DNA from: Alphaproteobacteria bacterium
GTDB taxonomy: Bacteria; Pseudomonadota; Alphaproteobacteria; UBA8366
Direction: 5' to 3'
Length of the DNA stretch: 64,000 nucleotides
Assembly (NCBI GenBank): GCA_049601975.1
Contig: JBMYRC010000005.1
Coordinates: 6,494-70,493 of the forward strand
A program made the translations under genes and the position numbers. The notes under the pieces were generated by a model that saw only the letters and a program-made list of their open reading frames with translations, was not told where the DNA came from and searched no databases. Shown here piece by piece: positions 58,871-64,000 of the stretch. Every line of letters starts with the position of its first letter. The stretch's first letter is position 1.

Positions 58871-59317
58871 ATGGTCAATGTTGGTGATCAGGCCCCTGCC
58901 TTCAGCATACCGAACCAATCGGGCGACGCTATTTCGCTCGACAATCTTTCGGGTAAATACGTTTTGATCTGGTGGTATCCGAAAGCCGATACCCCCGGTT
59001 GAACCATCGAAGGCAACGGGTTCCGTGATAGAATCCAAGATTTCGAGAGTAAGAACGCGGTGATTCTCGGCTGTAGTATGGACAGCCCCGAGGATAACCG
59101 CGCGTTTAAGGAAAAATTCGATTTTCCTTATGACTTGTTAAGCGACACGGACAAATCGATGTCCATCGCTTACGGCGCCGCCGAAGCGGATTCGCCACGA
59201 CCGGCCCGTATCTCGGTCCTTGTCGGGCCGGACGGCAAAGTCGCGGCAGTGTATCCAAAAGTGACCCCGGCCGATCATCCGGACGAGGTCTTGGCGACGC
59301 TGAATAGCCTCGGCTAA
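58871..59317 (+). CDS. bcp: Bcp-type peroxiredoxin with in-frame TGA at the peroxidatic Cys position (candidate selenoprotein; alternatively a nonsense pseudogene)
   Basis: GGGAG SD, then ATG 58871. MVNVGDQAPAFSIPNQSGDAISLDNLSGKYVLIWWYPKADTPG-TGA(59000-59002)-TIEGNGFRDRIQDFESKNAVILGCSMDSPEDNRAFKEKFDFPYDLLSD.. is colinear with E. coli Bcp (YFYPKAMTPGCT..). The frame is open on both sides of the TGA. Confidence 0.7.
59007..59046 (+). promoter_or_regulatory. SECIS-like stem-loop 4 nt downstream of the bcp TGA
   Basis: Lower stem 59007-59012 pairs with 59041-59046 (UCGAAG/UUUCGA, 1 G-U). Upper stem 59018-59023 pairs with 59031-59036 (GGGUUC/GAAUCC, 1 G-U). The apical loop CGUGAUA begins 24 nt from the UGA. 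Confidence 0.45.
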
Positions 59318-59328
59318 GAGTGTATCAA

Positions 59329-59357
59329 CCGGGTCGCGGAAGCGACCCGGTTTTTTT
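59329..59357 (+). terminator. rho-independent terminator after bcp
   Basis: CCGGGUCGC-GGAA-GCGACCCGG is a 9-bp GC-rich stem followed by UUUUUUU, 12 nt after the bcp stop. Confidence 0.85.
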
Positions 59358-59403
59358 CATCCTGCCTTAAATTCGAATTGGGAAGACAAAAACTTTTCGG
59401 AAA

Positions 59404-60333
59404 CTAGGACAGATAATCCGCCAGGGCGCTATGTGTTGCCTCGCGGGATTTTTTATCGTGCGTCACAACCTGAATCCGCAAATCTGTGGCACCCGCCTTC
59501 GCGTATTCCGCCAGTCCATCGAGAACTTGCTGCCAGCTGCCAATCAAGTGCAGGTCCGACGCATCATCAAGACCTTCATGCTTGGTGGCCTCGGTATAGG
59601 ATGGGATGGCCTGATAATGTGCGGATATCTCTCGTGCGAGGGCTTTTGCTCCTGCAAAATCATCGGTGACGCAGACCCGCACCAACGCCATGACGCGCGG
59701 TTTAGTATCACGATTGACGCTCTCAGCACCCGCTTGAAGGTGTGGCAGAATATAAGTCGATATGGTCCGAGGTCCGCATTGACCGAGAGTCGTTCCCTGC
59801 AACCGGCTACCGGCAAAGCGCAACATTAGCGGACCGAGTGCTGCCAATAAGATCGGTGTTCCTTTTGCTTCGATTGCGAGCTCTGCATGTGCGGAAATCT
59901 GCTCGCCGTCCGTATCCGCCGGCTCACCGCCGAGCAACGGCTCCAACGCCGCCAAGAACTCTCGCGTGTAGGAGAATGGTTTGTCCCACTTTAGGCCAAG
60001 CACCCCTTCGACATGGCGCCTGGAAGCAGTTCCAACACCAAGGGTAAAGCGCCCCTCCAAGGCGCTCTGAGCGGTCCGCACCAGCTGGCCGAGGCCAACC
60101 GGATGACGGCCATATAGTGGCACGACCGATGTGCCCATTTCTGCAAGGCCCGGAAAATCACCGCCGATGCACGCTAGCGCCACAACGGGATCGATTCCCG
60201 TTGCGTGGGAGATCCACAAACTGTCGAAACTCGCATTTTCGGCAAATTTAGCAGCGTTGCGCGCATCCTCAATTGATGCAAGCGCCGAGCCCCCAGCATA
60301 GCCCCAATGAATCCCAAAGCGGTCGTTCGCCAT
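59404..60333 (-). CDS. LLM-class (luciferase-like) flavin/F420-dependent oxidoreductase
   Basis: MANDRFGIHWGY..FDSLWISHATGIDP.. and the overall TIM-barrel LLM pattern. ATG 60333 was used (the ORF runs to 60414). Confidence 0.75.
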   Translation of the reverse strand: MANDRFGIHWGYAGGSALASIEDARNAAKFAENASFDSLWISHATGIDPVVALACIGGDFPGLAEMGTSVVPLYGRHPVGLGQLVRTAQSALEGRFTLGVGTASRRHVEGVLGLKWDKPFSYTREFLAALEPLLGGEPADTDGEQISAHAELAIEAKGTPILLAALGPLMLRFAGSRLQGTTLGQCGPRTISTYILPHLQAGAESVNRDTKPRVMALVRVCVTDDFAGAKALAREISAHYQAIPSYTEATKHEGLDDASDLHLIGSWQQVLDGLAEYAKAGATDLRIQVVTHDKKSREATHSALADYLS

Positions 60334-60433
60334 TGATCTGTCCCCTACCGTTAAGCCGGACGGTCCATCTTGAAACCTTTGGAAATTATTCCAACGTGAC
60401 GGACTTTTTTCCAAAGGATGGGTCTGTCACGAT

Positions 60434-61283
60434 CTAAACTCCTGTCTTCAGAGTTTTTTTTGATCCATCGTGCTTGGATACGAAAGACCCTAGCAGACTT
60501 TGGGTGATATTTCCCTCGATTAGATCATAGCCCATCGACTTCATGGATACATCCCGATAATCCAATGAATCCCCAACAATGGGATATTTGAAAATGATAT
60601 CAATAACATGCTCATGCGTATCAGGATCAAGGTACACCGTTAGTCGATCCACTACCCTTTCGAGGTAGTCTTTGCGATCCTCTGGTGATATGTGGTCAAC
60701 GTCATCATACATCTCATTAAACTTGCCGACCCAATCTATCCACCGTTTCTGATTAACTGTTTCTTGGATGTGTAACTTAATCTGTTCCAAGTCACCCTTT
60801 GCAGAATCCAATTTATTCCAAAGGTTCTTCTTTACCGGGCGATATAGTTTTTCATCCATGCGTTCTAGCAAACAGTCTGTCTCGATCTTTGCGATGGATT
60901 CTTCAATTCGTTGGATGCCGGTCTTAATCCTTTCTCTACCTTCCTTTGATTTCTGATATCCGACTTATATTCTAACTTAGCGTGATCCTTATTTTTTAGG
61001 AGTTCCGTCTTCACACGCTTCTTGAGGATACTAGATTTTGACACGGTGGATTTCACACGTTCCCAAACCGCAGAGTCGGTCGCAGGGATATTAAGCGATT
61101 TGCGCATCGAACATCCTCGACCCCTCACCCATTTTTAACGTCCCTCGGTTGATCTTTGACCCAAGTCCGTTCTCTCTCTGGACAGTAATAGTAGTGTTGA
61201 CACACCTTTTTGTTGGTCCGACCACCAATCAGCCTACCGCAATCGCCTCACACCATGAGGTCATGGAGTGTAAGCTGCAGTTA
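60434..61283 (-). pseudogene. large serine recombinase remnant (zinc-ribbon and coiled-coil C-terminal part only; frameshifts, a nonsense codon, and 5' truncation)
   Basis: ..LHDLMV-TGA(61248-61250)-GDCGRLIGGRTNKKVCQHYYYCPERERTW.. is the recombinase zinc ribbon. There is a frame change near 61125 to ..CSMRKSLNIPATDSAVWERV.., then another near 60955 to the coiled coil ..YQKSKEGRERIKTGIQRIEESIAKIETD..LERMDEKL.. (ORF 60434..60871). No catalytic N-terminal domain is present. Confidence 0.7.
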
Positions 61284-61718
61284 CTCGTGGAACGCCATTT
61301 CCTTCGGAGTACATCAGACCCAAATTGTACTTGGCATTGGCAAACCCCTGTTCAGCAGCAAGTTTGTAATACTTCACCGCAGTCTTATGGTTGTTCGGAA
61401 CACCTTGTCCAAAGCAGTAAATCTCTCCAAGATTGTACTGCGCATTGGCATTAACCTTTTTGGCAGCAAGTCTATACCACTTTGCGGCAGTCCTTTGGTT
61501 CCTCATAACCCCCTTTTTCCGCTTTCGTACACTACACCCAGTTCGTTTTGGGCAGAGGCATCCCCATGTTCCGCATGAGGTTTCCATTCACGCAGAGCAG
61601 TTGCCTAATCACCACTATCGTATGCGGTTAGACCCTTTTGGAAATCAGACCCTCTCACCTCAGCGGTGCAAAGAAGCATGGCAAGGGTCAGGCAGATGAT
61701 GTCAGGTAGAGTTCTCAT
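61261..61718 (-). pseudogene. secreted Sel1-repeat protein with in-frame TAG and a homopolymer frameshift
   Basis: ATG 61718 reads MRTLPDIICLTLAMLLCTAEVRGSDFQKGLTAYDSGD-TAG(61605-61607)-ATALREWKPHAEHGDASAQNELGVVYESGK. A frameshift in the C5T5 run 61509-61518 leads to ..GVMRNQRTAAKWYRLAAKKVNANAQYNLGEIY..KYYKLAAEQGFANAKYNLGLMY.. (ORF 61261..61587). Confidence 0.75.
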
Positions 61719-61727
61719 ATAAATGAG

Positions 61728-61760
61728 TTTAGTGGATTTTGAGTGTGTGGGTAGAGAACC
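61728..61760. repeat. copy A of a conserved ~33-bp intergenic motif
   Basis: TTTAGTGGATTTTGAGTGTGTGGGTAGAGAACC. On the minus strand it starts 5 nt after the stop of ORF 61766..62047. Confidence 0.85.
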
Positions 61761-61765
61761 AGACA

Positions 61766-62047
61766 CTATTCAACCTTACTGACTACAAACCCAGATGCAC
61801 CCTTACCCTTCGACCGTTTGATAATGTATCCCTTGCTGCCCAAACGGAATGCGTTGTCATGCACCAACGAGGATAGGGCAACTTTGATTTTCTCAGCAAC
61901 AGGATCAATCTGAACCGTGTTCTCTTTGGTCTGCGTCTTCATCCATTTTGCGAATGCATTATCTGCGATTTCATTTCCCAGACTTTTACGAAGAGCGTTT
62001 AATTTACGGGTTTGACCTTTCGTTAGAGTATTTTCGTTGATTACCAT
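61766..62047 (-). CDS. hypothetical protein (93 aa)
   Basis: Intact ORF MVINENTLTKGQTRKLNALRKSLGNEIADNAFAKWMK..; lysine-rich. I recognise no family. Confidence 0.5.
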   Translation of the reverse strand: MVINENTLTKGQTRKLNALRKSLGNEIADNAFAKWMKTQTKENTVQIDPVAEKIKVALSSLVHDNAFRLGSKGYIIKRSKGKGASGFVVSKVE

Positions 62048-62293
62048 GATCTTTGATAAACCTTTTGTTTGTTATTTAGGAGATTTGAGATGCGGTTATA
62101 TACAAGCGAGCACTGCATGGATAGACCCATCGAATATTGTTATTGGGATGAAGTGTATAGATAATTATCCGTCATCCTCTGAAACCCTATCCTTCCTCTT
62201 TAAGGTTTGATTTATGCTCAGTTCAGGCATATCGGCGGTTCTGGTCTTATCTTGATTAAGATGGCAGGTGGGTTTTAAAACCGAGGTCTTTAG

Positions 62294-62470
62294 ATGGGCG
62301 GATTTGGTCTCTTAGATTATATCGTATTATTAATGGCAGTTTGTCCAGCAATGGGCGTTTTCAGAAGTGTAAAGAACGGTTCCATATTACACGCACTCTT
62401 ATCCGTTGTTATCCCTTTGTATGGAATCTTCTACTTCTTCCTAGGGAAGAAAAAGCAAGGTGTGACTTAA
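62294..62470 (+). CDS. possible small membrane protein (58 aa)
   Basis: GAGG SD 7 nt upstream of ATG 62294. MGGFGLLDYIVLLMAVCPAMGVFRSVKNGSILHALLSVVIPLYGIFYFFLGKKKQGVT has two hydrophobic helices and a basic tail. Below the ORF-track length cut-off. Confidence 0.35.
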   Translation: MGGFGLLDYIVLLMAVCPAMGVFRSVKNGSILHALLSVVIPLYGIFYFFLGKKKQGVT

Positions 62471-62471
62471 A

Positions 62472-62505
62472 TTTAGTAAAATTTGAGTGCGTGGGTAGAG
62501 GAACC
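62472..62505. repeat. copy B of the conserved ~33-bp intergenic motif
   Basis: TTTAGTAAAATTTGAGTGCGTGGGTAGAGGAACC matches copy A at 29 of 34 aligned positions. On the minus strand it starts 2-3 nt after a TGA (62508-62510) that ends an open frame ..KELAQIAKNQTVMVICNP. Confidence 0.85.
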
Positions 62506-62507
62506 CA

Positions 62508-62720
62508 TCAAGGATTACAGATCACCATCACGGTTTGGTTCTTCGCAATCTGTGCGAGTTCCTTGGTGTATTTCCGTTCAGTCCGACTAGACCATTTGGT
62601 GGGTAATCCAACGGAGTTCAGAAACTGTCTGACCGTGGATGCTTTGATTCCAAAGTTCGCATTCTCTGGAAGTGGCCCGATTGCTTCTGCGACTTTGAGT
62701 TTATTAAGTAGGGATATGAC
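62508..62720 (-). pseudogene. start-less C-terminal gene fragment (unknown family)
   Basis: The minus-strand frame is open for more than 90 codons (..RRIVISLLNKLKVAEAIGPLPENANFGIKASTVRQFLNSVGLPTKWSSRTERKYTKELAQIAKNQTVMVICNP*) but has no ATG/GTG/TTG near its 5' end. Confidence 0.3.
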
Positions 62721-62813
62721 TATCCGTCGTCGGGGGTTTTGGAACAGAAGGCTGTGATCGCGAAGGAGATGGGGATAAGACGAGCGAGTGTCTATCGGGC
62801 ATTACAGGTATGA
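62712..62813 (+). pseudogene. resolvase/invertase C-terminal HTH fragment
   Basis: ..GVLEQKAVIAKEMGIRRASVYRALQV* is the typical HTH_7 tail of small serine recombinases. There is a stop codon immediately upstream (62709-62711) and no catalytic domain in any + frame. Confidence 0.55.
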
Positions 62814-63397
62814 AACCCCTTACTCATCCATCCGTTCTCTATTCTCGTTCAGCGGTTCTATCCAACACTTCACCAGTTCCCACCGAACGAGGTTTGTATG
62901 CGTGGTTTTTCAAGGAAATCCCCGGCATCACTCCAACAGACGGATGTATAACCAAAGACAACTTCATTCTTCTTTATGTCGGCATTTCACCGAAGAACGA
63001 TACGAGTAAAGGAAATCTTCGCAAACGGATTACCTACCACTATAAGGGCAACGCAGAAGGCTCCACTTTACGTCAAACCCTTGGAGTTCTCCTAACGGAT
63101 AAGAGTGATTATCCCTTGCGACGAGTAGGCAGCGGAAAAAGAATGACCTTCACTCATATTGGCGAACGATGGTTAGATGATTGGATGCAAGAAAATGCGT
63201 TTGTTTGTTGGGTGAAACATCCAGCACCTTGGGAAGTGGAAAAAGAAGTGATTGAGAGTTTATCCCTTCCTCTCAACATCCAAGACAATAAGCATCATCC
63301 GTTCAGCAGAACTTTGAGTGATATGCGGCAAAAGGCGAAGCGGATTGCGAGGGATACCCCAGTAGCGAATGAAGGAAACCAGCAGGGACAGATGTAG
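62810..63397 (+). CDS. GIY-YIG-type nuclease family protein
   Basis: 195 aa. ERGLYAWFF..ILLYVGISPKN..LRKRITYHYKGNAEGSTLRQTLGVLL..WEVEKEVIESLSLPLNIQDNKHHPF follows the GIY-(N)-YVG, Arg, Glu pattern. ATGA overlap with the resolvase fragment stop. Confidence 0.7.
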   Translation: MKPLTHPSVLYSRSAVLSNTSPVPTERGLYAWFFKEIPGITPTDGCITKDNFILLYVGISPKNDTSKGNLRKRITYHYKGNAEGSTLRQTLGVLLTDKSDYPLRRVGSGKRMTFTHIGERWLDDWMQENAFVCWVKHPAPWEVEKEVIESLSLPLNIQDNKHHPFSRTLSDMRQKAKRIARDTPVANEGNQQGQM

Positions 63398-63568
63398 GTA
63401 AGCAAATGGGTCGTAGAGATTTCCTAAGTCAACACCCTTTGTATTTCTTACGGACACATTCACGGGCAAGACTCTGTTCCTCTGCGATTTGTGCAGGAGT
63501 TATTATCTTCTCAAACAATATTCGGCAACCTGGCACCCGTCTTGTCTAAATTGGTAAAAGCACGATTT

Positions 63569-63949
63569 TTACCAAAACCTCCACCATCCATAAAACGCCC
63601 AAAATTTCCACCATGGCGTTATTGCATTGATAAGGCTTTGAGCGCCAGGGCTTCCCTGTTCGGCGGCAAGTTTTTCATAGTACCTCGCTTTACGGAGGTC
63701 TTCCTTAACGCCCCATCCTTGGAGGGTTCCCCTGTAATTTCCCGCAAGTTTCCAAGAAGCAATATGATCTCCATTTCCAGAGGCTTGATCTAGCAATTTC
63801 AAGGCTTCTTCATAGTTACCTTTTCTAGCTTCTGAAGAAGCTAAATTTCTCTGTGTGATTCCTTTTTCTAAATCAGCACTCTCGCCCACCCCCGCACTTC
63901 CGATAAGGATGATGAGGGTCAGGCAAAATGGGACTAATAATTTTTTCAT
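63569..63949 (-). CDS. secreted Sel1-repeat protein (126 aa) with Trp-rich tail
   Basis: Signal peptide MKKLLVPFCLTLIILIGSAGVGES. Sel1-like ..GDHIASWKLAGNYRGTLQGWGVKEDLRKARYYEKLAAEQGSPGAQ.. The unusual C-terminus is TPWWKFWAFYGWWRFW. Confidence 0.65.
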   Translation of the reverse strand: MKKLLVPFCLTLIILIGSAGVGESADLEKGITQRNLASSEARKGNYEEALKLLDQASGNGDHIASWKLAGNYRGTLQGWGVKEDLRKARYYEKLAAEQGSPGAQSLINAITPWWKFWAFYGWWRFW

Positions 63950-63952
63950 AGT

Positions 63953-64000
63953 TCAAGTCCTTCCAAGAAGCAGGGCAATCGTCAGGCAGAGTGTGGCGGT
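63953..64000 (-). pseudogene. fragment resembling another Sel1-paralogue signal peptide, ending in TGA 4 nt before the next gene
   Basis: ..TATLCLTIALLLGRT* resembles the signal peptides MRTLPDIICLTLAMLL and MKKLLVPFCLTLIILI of the two neighbouring Sel1 genes. It is cut by the window edge. Confidence 0.3.

Larger units (their letters stand above)
60420..64000. mobile_element. lower-GC accessory island / decayed integrative element (right end beyond window)
   Basis: Hand counts on several 60-nt lines give about 42-47% GC here, against clearly higher GC to the left. Contents are recombinase remnants on both strands, three Sel1 paralogues, a GIY-YIG nuclease and small orphan ORFs. Confidence 0.7.

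Noticed and set aside
58693-58878. A 61-aa minus-strand ORF between ygjP-like and bcp.
   Set aside because: It has no SD and an odd composition. It overlaps the bcp start and occupies what is more plausibly the AT-rich bcp promoter region.
61248-61250. TGA at a Cys position of the recombinase zinc ribbon, considered as a second selenocysteine codon.
   Set aside because: The same gene has at least two frameshifts and lacks its catalytic domain, so it is a pseudogene. I saw no convincing hairpin downstream. I kept it as a caution for the bcp interpretation.
61728-62505. The 33-bp repeat considered as an integron attC site or a tRNA-derived att site.
   Set aside because: There is no internal inverted-repeat (R''-L''/L'-R') architecture and no intI in view. 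The GGG-TTCCTCTA-CCC mini-hairpin does not fit a T-arm (the loop lacks TTCRA). No tRNA gene is in the window. I report it only as an unexplained repeat.
1-64000. Search for CRISPR arrays, rRNA and tRNA genes.
   Set aside because: I saw no regularly spaced repeats, no rRNA-like conserved blocks and no cloverleaf-compatible segments in the intergenic regions by eye. A tRNAscan/Infernal run would be needed to be certain.

Overview
The window reads as chromosomal DNA of a GC-rich, probably marine, alphaproteobacterium. I infer the taxon from a SAM-II-like leader before metZ, the aapJQMP gene order, and DUF2336 and PAS_5-type genes. About 55 housekeeping or catabolic genes look intact. They include prfC, folB, metZ, the aapJQMP amino-acid ABC transporter, a CoA-transferase with two acyl-CoA dehydrogenases, a CoxL-like molybdo-hydroxylase operon, bdhA-hyuAB, phaZ, gor, and a Co-type nitrile hydratase (nthAB plus accessory protein plus aldehyde dehydrogenase). 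There is also a PtxD-like dehydrogenase. From about 60.4 kb to the right edge the composition drops visibly in GC. That stretch is an accessory island of decayed site-specific recombinases, secreted Sel1-repeat paralogues, a GIY-YIG nuclease and small unknown ORFs. I saw no rRNA, tRNA or CRISPR array.

Most noteworthy observations:
1. A Bcp-type peroxiredoxin has as its only interruption a TGA exactly at the peroxidatic Cys position, followed by a SECIS-like hairpin. It is a candidate selenoprotein, with pseudogenisation as the alternative.
2. There is an unusual number of frame-preserving in-frame stop codons. They affect a divergent citrate-synthase-like gene pair, a PLP enzyme inside an operon, a Sel1 gene and a recombinase.
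3. A tightly coupled five-gene operon of unknown function is led by an unrecognisable 403-aa protein.
4. An orphan ptxD-like gene sits between a 557-aa unknown protein and a secreted MBL hydrolase.
5. A roughly 33-bp conserved motif sits immediately 3' of two co-oriented island reading frames (one ORF, one gene fragment).

All family calls are by-eye motif recognition. No database search was run.
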